A program made the translations under genes and the position numbers. A stretch of DNA of 54,503 nucleotides, from NCBI GenBank assembly GCA_964242425.1, contig CAXTCK010000002.1, forward strand, positions 1 through 54,503, written 5' to 3'. This DNA is from an uncultured Acetobacteraceae bacterium (GTDB lineage: Bacteria > Pseudomonadota > Alphaproteobacteria > Acetobacterales > Acetobacteraceae). The notes below the pieces were generated by a model. The model saw only the letters and a list, made by a program, of their open reading frames with translations. It ran no database searches and was not told the origin of the DNA. Below are positions 27,821-37,959 of the stretch, in pieces; within the stretch, counting starts at the first letter, position 1; each line of letters opens with the position of its first letter.

Positions 27821-28377
27821 GCGGCGGCGGCCGGCGCTGGCCCCGACAAGGCCTCCTCGACGGACGCGATCCGGGCAAAGCGGTTCGCCAGCACGAGCTC
27901 GGTTCGCGCCTTGATCTCGGCAGGCGTGTAGCGCCGGCCGTCCGCGGCGGTCATCGCGAAGGTGAGCGTCGCGTCCGTCACGTAGTCGACGTCCCAGCCG
28001 CGGTCGGAGGCATGGCGCGTCGTGGTCTCGCAGCATTGTTCGGTGCGTATGCCGCAGACGACGAGGCGACGCGTGCCGTGCTGCGTCAGCCAGGTGTCGA
28101 GGCCGCTGCCGACCAGGGCGCTGTGCCGGCGCTTGTGGAACACCGCATCCGGCTGGATCGCGAGCGGCGCCAGCGTGCGGACATGGCACGAGGATGGGGA
28201 GAAGTGGCCCGTCTCCTCGACGTGGAACACCTGCAGCACCGGCAGCCCCTGCGCGCGGGCGCCGTCGACCAGATGCTGGAGCGACCGGGCGAACGGTTCG
28301 ACGCCCTCGTCGCTCCAGTAGGGCGCGTGGCGAAAGGACTCCTGGACATCGATGACGAGCAGCGCGGTGTCGGACAT
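27817..28377 (-). CDS. Isochorismatase-family cysteine hydrolase
   Basis: GGAGG RBS; ALLVIDVQ, K in FHKRRHSA, GIRTEQCCETT. Confidence 0.93.
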   Translation of the reverse strand: MSDTALLVIDVQESFRHAPYWSDEGVEPFARSLQHLVDGARAQGLPVLQVFHVEETGHFSPSSCHVRTLAPLAIQPDAVFHKRRHSALVGSGLDTWLTQHGTRRLVVCGIRTEQCCETTTRHASDRGWDVDYVTDATLTFAMTAADGRRYTPAEIKARTELVLANRFARIASVEEALSGPAPAAAA

Positions 28378-28645
28378 TACGGGCCTCCGGTTGATGGCAC
28401 GGCCGCAGCATCTTCGCTGTCCAGACATCACGAAAGCATCGATCCTGCCGATCAGCGGACATTATCGGCCATCCGGACGGTCGTGCGGAGGTCCGGGCGA
28501 CCATTCAACGTGACGCCCTACACTCGTACGACGGGCGCACCCCGATCGGGTGCGCCTGGCGCCAGGGTTGGCCAAGGCCGCCGGATGATCGTGGGCCGCG
28601 GCCGCCGTTCGACGTGCCAGGGCAGGAGCGCTGCCGTGGCGGCGG

Positions 28646-29635
28646 CTAGACCTCCACCACGATCTTGCCGACCTGGGCGTTGGACTCCAGGAAGCGGCGC
28701 GCCTCCACGATCTGGTCGAGGGAGAAGCTGCGGGCGATCACCGGGCGCAGGCCGGCGGCCAGGCGGTCCAGCACGTGGCGCTTGCCGCCCTCCAGACGGG
28801 TCGGGTCACGCGTGACCTCGAACAGGGTGTAGCCGCGCATTGTCAGGCCCTTGGCCAGGGCGGCGAACAGCGGGAACGGGGTCGGCTCGGGGCTGAGCGC
28901 GCCATACTCCAGCAGGATGCCGCCGGGCGCCAGGGCGTCGGCGAGCCGGGACACGGTGGGGCCGCCGACAGGATCGAACGCGACGCGGGCGCCCTTCCCG
29001 CCCGTCAGGCGCATCACCTCGGCGGCGATGTCCTGCTCGTCGGTGAACACCATGGCGGTGTCGGGCACCGCGCGGGCCAGGGCGTCGGCCTTGGCGCGGC
29101 TGCGGGTGAGCGCGACCGGACGGGCACCGGCCGCGTGGCAGAGCTGGATCGCCGCCAGCCCCACGCTGCTGGTCGCGGCGGGCACCAGCACGACGTCGCC
29201 GGGCCCTACTCCCGCGATGTCCATCAGCGCACCCCAGGCGGTCAGGTACTGCATCCAGACCGCGGCGGCGGCGGCGAAGCCGATCTCGGGCGGATGCGCC
29301 ACCACGGCGTGGACGGGAGCCACCACCACCTCGCCGTACATCGGGTAGTCGTTCATGGAAAAGGCGGGGATCGTGCTCACCGCCTGTCCCGGCTCGAAAC
29401 CGGATACGCCCGGGCCGATCGCGTCCACCAGCCCAGCTGCCTCGTAGCCGAGGCCGCCGGGAAGCCGGGGCTGTTCGAGGTACATCCCGCCGCGGAACAT
29501 CGCCTCCGCACGGTTCAGGCCGAGGGCGTGGACGCGTATCCTGAGCTCGCCTTCGCCGGGATCGCGCGACGGCTGCTCCTCAAGCTGCATCACCTCGGGG
29601 CCGCCTGTCTCGTGGAAGCGGACGACACGGGGCAT
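28646..29635 (-). CDS. MDR-family NADPH:quinone oxidoreductase-like protein
   Basis: GLNRAE, LGYEAAG, AATSSVGLAAIQ, GKIVV; GGAGA RBS. Confidence 0.93.
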   Translation of the reverse strand: MPRVVRFHETGGPEVMQLEEQPSRDPGEGELRIRVHALGLNRAEAMFRGGMYLEQPRLPGGLGYEAAGLVDAIGPGVSGFEPGQAVSTIPAFSMNDYPMYGEVVVAPVHAVVAHPPEIGFAAAAAVWMQYLTAWGALMDIAGVGPGDVVLVPAATSSVGLAAIQLCHAAGARPVALTRSRAKADALARAVPDTAMVFTDEQDIAAEVMRLTGGKGARVAFDPVGGPTVSRLADALAPGGILLEYGALSPEPTPFPLFAALAKGLTMRGYTLFEVTRDPTRLEGGKRHVLDRLAAGLRPVIARSFSLDQIVEARRFLESNAQVGKIVVEV

Positions 29636-29768
29636 GGTCGGATCTCCTTCGGGACGGGCGACCCGACATGGAACCGGGCGCCAGGGTGATGTAGGCCGCC
29701 CGGGCCACGACACCATCGCGCTCCGGGCCTCGTGAGGATGACCGGCGCCGGCGAGGCCGCCCCGTGGA

Positions 29769-31484
29769 TCAGCCGGACGGCGAACCCGCCGGGCGCGGCA
29801 CCAGCCGTTGCACCCGTGCCGCCAGCGCGTCCAGCGTGAACGGCTTGCCCATGACCTCCATCCCCGGGGCCAGCTGCTCCTTCAGCACGCTGCCGGCGAA
29901 GCCGGTGATGAACAGCACGGGAAGCGTCGGACGGTTCTCCCGTGCCTGGTCGGCGACCTGCCTGCCGTTCAGGCCGCCCGGCAGGCCCACGTCGGTCACC
30001 AGCAGGTCGACGGGGCTGGTCGCCTGCAGCAGCTGGAGCGCCACCACGCCGTTCTTGGCTTCCATGACCTGGTAGCCGAGGTCGCGCAGCTGCTCGGCGG
30101 CAATGGCGCGCACCACGTCCTCGTCCTCGACCAGCAGCACGACGTCGTGCCGGTCGCCCCGCCCCGATCCGGCCTGTGCGGACGCATCATCGTCCGGTCC
30201 GGACGCGTGGTGGCGCGGCAGCGAGATCTGCACGGTGGTCCCCTCGCCCAGCGCGCTCTCGATGCCGATGATGCCGCTGGACTGGCGCACGAAGCCGTAG
30301 AGCTGGGACAGGCCGAGGCCGGTGCCCTGGCCGAGCGGCTTGGTGGTGAAGAACGGGTCGAAGGCGAGGTCGCGGGTCGTGTCGTCCATGCCGACGCCGG
30401 TATCGGCCACCGACACCTCGACGTAGTCGCCAGCCTCCGCACCCTCCTGGCCGACGATCTCGGCATCGGCCAGGCAAACGCACCGGGTCGAGATCAGGAG
30501 CCGGCCGCCCCCGGGCATGGCGTCGCGCGCGTTGATGACCAGGTTCAGCAGCGCGTTCTCCAGCTGGCTCGGATCGCACTGGACCATCCAGCCATTCGCC
30601 TGGAGGTCCAGCTCGAGCGCCACCCCCTTGCCGATGGTCTGCCGGAACAGGTCGGCCAGCTCCTCGATCAGCGGGTCGGGCGACACGGGCTTCGGCTGCA
30701 GGCTTTGCCGCCGGGCGAAGGCGAGCAGACGGTCGGTCAGAGCGGAAGCCCGCTCCAGCGTCCTGCGGGCGCTGTCGATGAACCGCGCCGCCTCGTCGGG
30801 GCGGCCCTTGGCGATGCGGCGGTCGATCAGCTCCAGGCTGCCGCCGATCGCCTGCAGCATGTTGTTGAAGTCGTGCGCGATGCCACCGGTCAGCTGGCCG
30901 ATCGCCTCCATCTTGCGCACCTGCCCGAACGCTTCCTCGACCTTCCGTCGCTCCTCGGACTCCTGCAGCAGCTGCTGGCGCAACTCGGCCAGCTCCCGCT
31001 CGCGCCGGGCGTTGTCGTCGTATTCGGGCGTGACGTCGGCATGGCTGGCGAAGAAGTACTCGAGGGTGCCGTCGGTGCCGCGGATCGGCACGACCAGCAG
31101 CCGGTTCCAGAACCAGCCGTCGTTGCGGAAATGGTTGCGTATGTCGATCTCGATCGTCGTCCCCGCCGCCACCGCGGCGCGGATCTTGTCCACGCTGGCC
31201 CGGTCGGTTTCGGAGCCCTGCAGGAAGCGGCAGTTGCGGCCCAGCACCTCCTCGCGTGAGTAGCCGGTCAGCCGGCAGAACGCGTCGTTGGCGAACACGA
31301 TCGGGTTGTCGGCTTCACGCGGGTTGGTCACGATCATGGCCATCCGGGTGGTCCGGACGGCGGCAGCGAACGGATCGGTGCCGTCGGCGAGGCCGGCCAG
31401 CCTGGCGGCGAGGTGCGGGTCGCCGGCACTGATCCGTTCCGCTTCGGGCAGCCTCAGCGGGACGCCGGCGCGATCCTCGGTCAA
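29769..31484 (-). CDS. LOV-domain hybrid histidine kinase (LOV-HisKA-HATPase-REC)
   Basis: [49 protein letters not shown]. Start uncertain (TTG 31484). Confidence 0.92.
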   Translation of the reverse strand: MTEDRAGVPLRLPEAERISAGDPHLAARLAGLADGTDPFAAAVRTTRMAMIVTNPREADNPIVFANDAFCRLTGYSREEVLGRNCRFLQGSETDRASVDKIRAAVAAGTTIEIDIRNHFRNDGWFWNRLLVVPIRGTDGTLEYFFASHADVTPEYDDNARRERELAELRQQLLQESEERRKVEEAFGQVRKMEAIGQLTGGIAHDFNNMLQAIGGSLELIDRRIAKGRPDEAARFIDSARRTLERASALTDRLLAFARRQSLQPKPVSPDPLIEELADLFRQTIGKGVALELDLQANGWMVQCDPSQLENALLNLVINARDAMPGGGRLLISTRCVCLADAEIVGQEGAEAGDYVEVSVADTGVGMDDTTRDLAFDPFFTTKPLGQGTGLGLSQLYGFVRQSSGIIGIESALGEGTTVQISLPRHHASGPDDDASAQAGSGRGDRHDVVLLVEDEDVVRAIAAEQLRDLGYQVMEAKNGVVALQLLQATSPVDLLVTDVGLPGGLNGRQVADQARENRPTLPVLFITGFAGSVLKEQLAPGMEVMGKPFTLDALAARVQRLVPRPAGSPSG

Positions 31485-31836
31485 CGCGGCGTTCCGGTCG
31501 CGGCCAGGAACCCACCCGCCGCTGTATGGCGCGGCAGGGGTCGGACCGGCGGCGCGGACCGGCCCTGGACGATATCCGACGTCATGCGGCTGAACGCGGA
31601 TCCAAAGGTGATCGAACGGGGGATGCGTGCTGTCCTTGCTGCAACGACAGTCGCTACCATGGCGTGGCAGCGACGATGCCGACGTTCGGTGCCCGATGCG
31701 GCCGTGCGGCAACGAGGGTCGCAGGCGCCATCGGTGCAAAATCAGCTTGTGAGAACAAGTTCCAAAAAAGGAACGTGTCGCACCGATCAATCAAGCAGCA
31801 TGCGGGTCGCGGCCAGCAGCGGACGATGCCGCGCGG

Positions 31837-32307
31837 TCAAAGCGGCAGGTGCAGGAACCGGTTGAAGCCGCTGCGCACGTAGTCCGAGAACGGCTCGCCC
31901 TCGACGAAGCCGCGGGAGCGGTAGAGCGACAGCGCGGGCTCGAACGTCGGCCCGGTACCGGTTTCCAGGCTCAGGCGCGTCAGGCCATGCGTCCTCGCCT
32001 CGGCGACCAGGTGATCCAGCAGGGCGGCCGCGACGCCGCGGCGCAGATGGTCGGGGTGGGTGCGCATCGACTTCAGCTCGCCGGTGCCGCCGCGCAGCGC
32101 CTTCAAGGCGCCGATCCCCACCACCTTGCCGTCAGCCCGGACGACCCAGACCGCCACCTCCGGCGCCAGCAGCCCGGACAGGTCGAGCGCGAACACCGCG
32201 CCCGGTGGCGAGCTGGCGTGCATCCCTGCCAGGTGGAGCGCCAGCAGGGCACGAACGTCATCGCCGGTCAGGTCGTCGCGACGGATGTCGAACCTCATCC
32301 CGGCCAC
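31837..32307 (-). CDS. GNAT acetyltransferase
   Basis: ELKSMRT, RRGVA, LSLETG, LYRSRGF. Confidence 0.9.
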   Translation of the reverse strand: MAGMRFDIRRDDLTGDDVRALLALHLAGMHASSPPGAVFALDLSGLLAPEVAVWVVRADGKVVGIGALKALRGGTGELKSMRTHPDHLRRGVAAALLDHLVAEARTHGLTRLSLETGTGPTFEPALSLYRSRGFVEGEPFSDYVRSGFNRFLHLPL

Positions 32308-32329
32308 GCGCGACGATCGGCGGCGAACA

Positions 32330-32436
32330 CTGGAGCATGATCCGCTCGCATCGGCTCACGGAGCATGCTCCAGCTCATCGTTTGTCGAGCATCTTTATTC
32401 GACCGATCGATCCGGTTCGATCGGATGATACTCTAG
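32330..32436. repeat. CIR/RIME-like palindromic intergenic element
   Basis: Two adjacent hairpins: CTGGAGCATG...CATGCTCCAG and GAGCATC...CCGATCGA...TCGATCGG...GATACTCTAG. Confidence 0.65.
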
Positions 32437-33800
32437 GCCTGCCCGAGCGGCGGTGGCACACGCGCGTCCGACAGGGCGGCTTCCTGCCGGGCGGCGAGGT
32501 CGTCGGCGGCGAAGCCTTCCACCGTCTCGTGATACAGCCGGTGCCAGTTCAGGTTCGCCTTGAGACGCAGGAACACGCTGCCGAGGCCCACGGCGGAGCG
32601 GTCGATCAGCACGAACTCGCGCGGCGGCCTGACGCCCCCGGTGCGCTTCAGCCCGGCATGCACCCGCTCGGCCACCGAGCGCCCGAACAAGGGGTCGTCG
32701 CTTTCCTGGATCGGCCGCACCCGGTCCTGCAGCAGCGGCTCGTAGATGAAGCGCGCCCACTCGTTGAGCACGTCCATGGTTTCCCGCGAGATGTCGGTGA
32801 ATCCCCAGCTCTGGTAGGCGTGGTAGGCCTGCTCGTCGTCGTTGTTCTCGATCGCCTGCTGCAGGTCGATCACGCCCTGCACGAACTGCGGCCGGAAGAT
32901 CCGGATCGCGCCGAAGTCGAGCAGGTTCAGGCCCTGGTCGGCGCGCACCTGGAAGTTGCCGAGATGCGGGTCGCCGTGGATCACGCCGTAGCGGTAGAAC
33001 GGCAGGTACCATGCCTTGAACAGGGCGCGCGCGACCGCGTTGCGGCTGTCGAGGTCGGGACCGGTGTCGAGATAGCTCTGCAGCGACATGCCGTCGAGCC
33101 AGGTCATGGTCAGCAGGCGCGCAGACGACAGCGCGTCGATCGGCTCCGGAATGCTGACGTCCGGGCGACCATCCAGCATCAGCCGGTACAAGCGCAGATG
33201 CGCCGCCTCGCGACCGTAATCCAGCTCCTCGCGCAGCCGCTCGGCCAGCTCCTTGTACACCTCGTCCTGCTGGATCGCGTTGTCCATGCGGTGATACAGC
33301 GCCATCGCCACGCGCAGCTGGCGCAGGTCGGCATCCACCGTGGACACCATGTCGGGATACTGCAGCTTGGCGGCCACCAGGCGCCCGTCATGCAAGGTGG
33401 CGCGATGCACCTGTCCCAGACTCGCCGCCGCGGCGGCCTCGCGCTCGAAGCTGGCGAAGCGGCTATCCCAGTTCGGACCGAGCTCGGCCGCCATCCGCCT
33501 GCGCACGAACGACCAGCCCATCGGCGGGGCGTTGGCCTGCAGGTGCGCCAGTTCGGCCGCATATTCCTCCGGCAGCGCGTCCGGGATGGTGGACAGGAGC
33601 TGCGCCACCTTCATCAGCGGGCCCTTGAGGCCGCCCAGCACCGCGCGCAGGTCCTCGGCATGCGCCGTCTTGTTGGTGCGAAGCCCCATGCGGGCCCCGG
33701 CCAGGCGGGCCGCGATGCCGCCGACCGCACCCGACGTGCGCGCCAGGCGGCGCAGCTCGCCAAACACGCTGCCGCCGCGATCGAGCTCCTGTTCTGCCAT
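32433..33800 (-). CDS. ABC1/UbiB (AarF) atypical kinase family protein
   Basis: KGPLMKVAQ, AAASLGQVH, KLQYP, HGDPHLGN, LLDFG. Confidence 0.94.
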   Translation of the reverse strand: MAEQELDRGGSVFGELRRLARTSGAVGGIAARLAGARMGLRTNKTAHAEDLRAVLGGLKGPLMKVAQLLSTIPDALPEEYAAELAHLQANAPPMGWSFVRRRMAAELGPNWDSRFASFEREAAAAASLGQVHRATLHDGRLVAAKLQYPDMVSTVDADLRQLRVAMALYHRMDNAIQQDEVYKELAERLREELDYGREAAHLRLYRLMLDGRPDVSIPEPIDALSSARLLTMTWLDGMSLQSYLDTGPDLDSRNAVARALFKAWYLPFYRYGVIHGDPHLGNFQVRADQGLNLLDFGAIRIFRPQFVQGVIDLQQAIENNDDEQAYHAYQSWGFTDISRETMDVLNEWARFIYEPLLQDRVRPIQESDDPLFGRSVAERVHAGLKRTGGVRPPREFVLIDRSAVGLGSVFLRLKANLNWHRLYHETVEGFAADDLAARQEAALSDARVPPPLGQA

Positions 33801-33803
33801 GGC

Positions 33804-35636
33804 CTAGACCTGCTCCGCTTCCAGCTCGTCGATGAATCCGGCGATCACGTCCAGGCCCTTGCGCCAGAACGCCGGGTCGGTGGCATCCAGCCCGAACGGT
33901 TCCAGCAGCTCGCGGTGCCGCCTGGTGCCGCCTGCGCGAAGCATGTCGACGTATTTCTGCTGGAAGCCGGGATGGCCGGACTGGAACACGCCATACAGCG
34001 CGTTCACCAGGCAGTCGCCGAACGCATAGGCATAGACGTAGAACGGCGAGTGCACGAAGTGCGGCACGTAGGCCCAGAACGCGTCGTAGTCGGACGTGAA
34101 CTCGAACGCGGGCCCGAGGCTTTCGGTCTGCACCTGCCGCCAGATGGCGCCGATCCGTTCCGGCAACAACTCTCCGGTGCGTCGCTCGTCGTGCAGCAGG
34201 GTCTCGAAGCGGTAGAACGCGACCTGGCGCACCACCGTGTTGAGCATGTCCTCGACCTTGGCCGCGAGCATGCGTCGACGCCGCTTCGGGTCGGTCTCGT
34301 TGTCGAGCAGGCTGCGAAAGGCGAGCATCTCGCCGAACACGCTGGCGGTCTCAGCCAGGGTGAGCGGGGTCGAGCTTTGCAGGTAGCCCTGCTCGGCCGC
34401 CAGCACCTGGTGGATGCCGTGGCCGAGCTCGTGCGCCAGCGTCATCACGTCGCGCGTGCGGGAATGGAAGTTCATCAGGATATAGGGGTGCGCGGACGGC
34501 ACGGTGGGATGGGCGAAGGCGCCGCTGGCCTTGCCCGGACGAAGTGCCGCATCGATCCAGGGGCGGTCGAAGAAGCGCTGCGCGATGCCGCCCAGCTCCG
34601 GCGCGAAGGCGGTGTAGGCGTCGAGCACGCGGGTGCGCGCCTCCTCCCAGCCGACATGAAGGTCGTCGTCGGACGGCAGCGGAGCGTTGCGGTCCCAGTG
34701 CTGCAGCTTGTCCAGGCCGAGCCAGCGCGCCTTGAGCGCGTAGTAGCGGTGCGACAGCCGGCCGTAATCGGCGGACACGGCGTCGACCAGCGCGTCCACC
34801 ACCTCGTCCTCGACCATGTTGCCGCGGTTGCGGGCACTTCCCGGGCGGGGATAATGGCGCAGGCCGTCGCCGATCTCCTTGTCCTTGGCCAGCGTGTTGG
34901 TGATCAAGGAGAACAGCCGGATGTTGCGCCCGAACACGTCGCCGATGGCGTGCGCCGCGCGCTCGCGCATCGAGCGGTCGGGGTCGGACAGGCGGTTCAG
35001 CGCGTCGCCGACGGTGAGCGACTGGCCGTCGATCTCGACCCGCAGGGCCGCCATGGTCTCGTCGAACAGGCGGCTCCAGGCGGACGCGCCCGTCACCGAC
35101 TTCTCGTGCAGCACCCGCTCCACCTCCTCCGACAGCTGGTGCGGGCGGAACACGCGCAGGTCGCGCAGGAACGGCTGCCAGCGGGCGAGGATCGGGTCGG
35201 CCAGCAGCCGCGCCAGCGCCTCGTCGTCGATGTTGTTCAGCTCCAGGGTGAAGAAGATCAGCCGGGCGGAGATCTGCGTCACCCGCTCGTTGATCGACTG
35301 GGCGAAGCGGCCGATCGCGGCGTCCTCGGAATCGCCGGCGAACAGCAGGGAGGCATAGGAGCCGGCGCGGCCGAGCAGCTCGTCGATGCGCTCGTACTCG
35401 GCAATGGCGGCGGCGAGCGCCGGGCCGTCCAGGCTGGCGAGCCGGCCGGCATGGCGCGCGGCGAAGGCTTCCGCCAAGGCGTCGGCCTCGGACAGGTCGC
35501 TCGCGAGCTCGGGATCGTCCTGGCGGTCGTAAAGGTCGGACAGGTCCCACACCGGCACAGCATCCGGGGACGGGGCGGTGGACGAGGCAGCGGACAGGAC
35601 GGCGGAGCGGGTGGCGGAAGGCATGGGCGGCGTCAT
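33804..35636 (-). CDS. M3B oligoendopeptidase F
   Basis: WDLSDLY, GKASGAF, HELGHGIH, AETAS, FYVYAYAFG. Confidence 0.95.
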   Translation of the reverse strand: MTPPMPSATRSAVLSAASSTAPSPDAVPVWDLSDLYDRQDDPELASDLSEADALAEAFAARHAGRLASLDGPALAAAIAEYERIDELLGRAGSYASLLFAGDSEDAAIGRFAQSINERVTQISARLIFFTLELNNIDDEALARLLADPILARWQPFLRDLRVFRPHQLSEEVERVLHEKSVTGASAWSRLFDETMAALRVEIDGQSLTVGDALNRLSDPDRSMRERAAHAIGDVFGRNIRLFSLITNTLAKDKEIGDGLRHYPRPGSARNRGNMVEDEVVDALVDAVSADYGRLSHRYYALKARWLGLDKLQHWDRNAPLPSDDDLHVGWEEARTRVLDAYTAFAPELGGIAQRFFDRPWIDAALRPGKASGAFAHPTVPSAHPYILMNFHSRTRDVMTLAHELGHGIHQVLAAEQGYLQSSTPLTLAETASVFGEMLAFRSLLDNETDPKRRRRMLAAKVEDMLNTVVRQVAFYRFETLLHDERRTGELLPERIGAIWRQVQTESLGPAFEFTSDYDAFWAYVPHFVHSPFYVYAYAFGDCLVNALYGVFQSGHPGFQQKYVDMLRAGGTRRHRELLEPFGLDATDPAFWRKGLDVIAGFIDELEAEQV

Positions 35637-35750
35637 CCTGTTCGACCGGGTCGGGAAATCATCTGTGGTCGTAGGCGCTCGGGCGAAAGGGGGCCAGTCC
35701 GCCGGGTGCCCCCGGGCGGCCCTCGGCAGACCCCTGGGGCAAGCCCCCGA

Positions 35751-37016
35751 TCAGACGCCGAGATCGGGATCGTGCATGCGGGCAACCAGCGCCTGGCGCA
35801 GCGGCGGAAGGTTGCCGAGCCGGAGTGCTGCGTCGCGCAGCAGGCGGGCCGGCAGACTGTCGCCCGCGGCATACAACCGCATGATCGCCTCGGCACCTGC
35901 GAAGAACAGCCGGGTTTCGCGCCGGTGCGCGGCCTCGTAGCCACGCAGCGCCGCCGGGTCGGCCACGTCGGCGCCGCGTCCGAGCGCGGCACGGATGGAC
36001 GTAGCCAGGGCTTGCTGGCCGAGCAGGCCGAAGTTGAACCCGTGCGCGGTGGTGGGATGCATCCCCACCGCGGCGTCGCCCAGCAGGGCGAAGCGCTGCG
36101 CCACGAAGCGCGCGGCATAGGCGGTCACCACCGGCACGGCGTGGCGCGCGCCCACCGGCCGCATGGCGCCGAGGCGGTTGCGGTAGCGGCGGCCGAGCTC
36201 GTCGCCGAACGCCCGGTCGTCCAGGGCCAGCAGGGCCTCGGCATCGCCGCGCTGCAGCGTCATCACCGCCGAGGAGCGGCCGTCGTTCAGGGGCAGCGTC
36301 ACCAGGGTGCGGCCATACTCGAACCAGGCGGTCGCGGTTTCCCCGTGCGGCAGCGCGTGCTCGACCGGGCACACCAGCATCAGCTGGCGGTAGTCGTGCA
36401 GCGCCGCCGGGATGCGCTGCTGATCGCGCAGGCGCGACCGCCTGGTGTCGGCCGCCACCACCAGCCCGGCGGACAGCGACTGCCCGTCCGACAGCACCGC
36501 ACGGGCGTTTCGGCCCTCCGCCTGCATGGACAGCACGGAACGACCGGACAGCAGGGACACGTCGGGGCGGGCCTGCACCACGTCGTGCAGGACGCGACGC
36601 AGCCAATGGTTGGGCACGAAGCGGCCGAGCCGGCCGTCGGCTGCCGCACCCGCACCGGAACCCGTGGCGCCGAAATGCATGGCGTAGTGCGACGGGCCGT
36701 TCAGCACGCGCATGTGCCGGAGCGGGGCGACAACAGCGTCCGGAATGCGCGACCAGGCGCCGAGCGCTGCCAGCATCGCCACCGAGCGGTCGGTCAGCGC
36801 GATCTCGCGGCCGTCATCGGCGGGATCGGCCAGGGCCGCGGCCGGCTGCGGATCGACCAGGGCGATGCGCAGGCCGGCACCGGCTAGCGATCCGGCCAGG
36901 GCCAAGCCGACCGGGCCTGCGCCCGCCACCACGATGTCGAAGTCCCGTGCCACCCTGTTTCCCGCTTCCGCCACCGCTGCATCTGGTGCGGCGGCGGCGG
37001 ATCGGGAAGCGGTCAA
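35751..37016 (-). CDS. ubiM: Ubiquinone-biosynthesis flavin monooxygenase, UbiM-like
   Basis: GAGPVG, DGREIALT, AADTR, LGDAAVGMHPTTAHGFNFG. TTG start overlaps the SDR stop. Confidence 0.8.
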   Translation of the reverse strand: MTASRSAAAAPDAAVAEAGNRVARDFDIVVAGAGPVGLALAGSLAGAGLRIALVDPQPAAALADPADDGREIALTDRSVAMLAALGAWSRIPDAVVAPLRHMRVLNGPSHYAMHFGATGSGAGAAADGRLGRFVPNHWLRRVLHDVVQARPDVSLLSGRSVLSMQAEGRNARAVLSDGQSLSAGLVVAADTRRSRLRDQQRIPAALHDYRQLMLVCPVEHALPHGETATAWFEYGRTLVTLPLNDGRSSAVMTLQRGDAEALLALDDRAFGDELGRRYRNRLGAMRPVGARHAVPVVTAYAARFVAQRFALLGDAAVGMHPTTAHGFNFGLLGQQALATSIRAALGRGADVADPAALRGYEAAHRRETRLFFAGAEAIMRLYAAGDSLPARLLRDAALRLGNLPPLRQALVARMHDPDLGV

Positions 37017-37843
37017 TCAACGGCCTCGGTGGACAGCGCCACCTCCCGCTGCGCATCCAGGGCGGCCAGGCGTTCCACCAGGGCGGCGCGCACGCGGTCG
37101 AAGGCGCCGCGCCCCAGCAGCAGGCGGCGCGGCGCCACGGCCCCGTCCGCGCAGTCGATCATGGCCCGCACCATCTTGACCGGATCGCCATAGATCGCGA
37201 ACGACCGGTCTGCGACGGCGCGGCGCACCGCGCCGGCCGGGGTATCGTCGTACGCCGCCATCGGCGGCGGACGGACCATCCCCTGGCCGAAGCTGGTACG
37301 GGCCGGGCCAGGCTCGACCAGGGTGAAGTCGATGCCGAACGGCGCCACCTCCTGCGCCACCGATTCGACGAAGCCCTCCACCGCCCACTTGCTGGCGTGG
37401 TACAGGCTGAAGTTGGGATAGGCGATCTGGCCGCCCTCGGACGAGACCTGCAGCACGCGGCCCCCGCCCTGTGCCCGCAGGTGCGGCAGGGCGGCGCGTA
37501 TCACCGCGATCGAGCCCAGCACGTTGGTGTCGATCTGATGCCGGATCTGCGCGTCGGTCAGCTCTTCCGCAGCCCCGAACAGCCCATAGCCGGCGTTGCT
37601 GACCACCACCTCGATCCGGCCGAGCACGGCAAAGGCCTGGTCTACCGTGCGCCGCACCGCCTCCGGGTCCGACACGTCGAGCGGCGCCACCCACAGGCGA
37701 TCGCCGTGCCTGGCCTTCAGCGCGTCGAGACGGTCTGGCTGGCGCAAGGCGGCGGCGACGCGGTCGCCGCGCGCCAGCAACGTTTCGGTCAGGATGCGTC
37801 CGAGGCCGGAGGAGGTGCCGGTGATGAACCAGGTGCTGGACAT
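37013..37843 (-). CDS. Classical SDR oxidoreductase
   Basis: TGTSSGLG, SNAG, YHASK. Confidence 0.94.
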   Translation of the reverse strand: MSSTWFITGTSSGLGRILTETLLARGDRVAAALRQPDRLDALKARHGDRLWVAPLDVSDPEAVRRTVDQAFAVLGRIEVVVSNAGYGLFGAAEELTDAQIRHQIDTNVLGSIAVIRAALPHLRAQGGGRVLQVSSEGGQIAYPNFSLYHASKWAVEGFVESVAQEVAPFGIDFTLVEPGPARTSFGQGMVRPPPMAAYDDTPAGAVRRAVADRSFAIYGDPVKMVRAMIDCADGAVAPRRLLLGRGAFDRVRAALVERLAALDAQREVALSTEAVD

Positions 37844-37959
37844 GGCAAAAGCCTTTCGGGTTCGGGCGCCGCGGACCGGCGCTTGTCGAACCGACACCTG
37901 GGTCCCGGCATTCCTGTCACCAATCGGCACAATGCCGCATGACACGGTGAAAATGCCCC

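Noticed and set aside
29769-31790. Track start of the LOV kinase at 31790, and other long N-terminal extensions in the track
   Set aside because: The extensions are non-protein-like and lack an RBS; downstream starts fit family N-termini better.
32205-36887. 1560-aa plus-strand ORF, and similar long ORFs such as 3524..6157, 24225..26594 and 49909..52878
   Set aside because: Antisense or off-frame shadows of well-supported genes; expected in high-GC DNA with few stop codons; no motifs.
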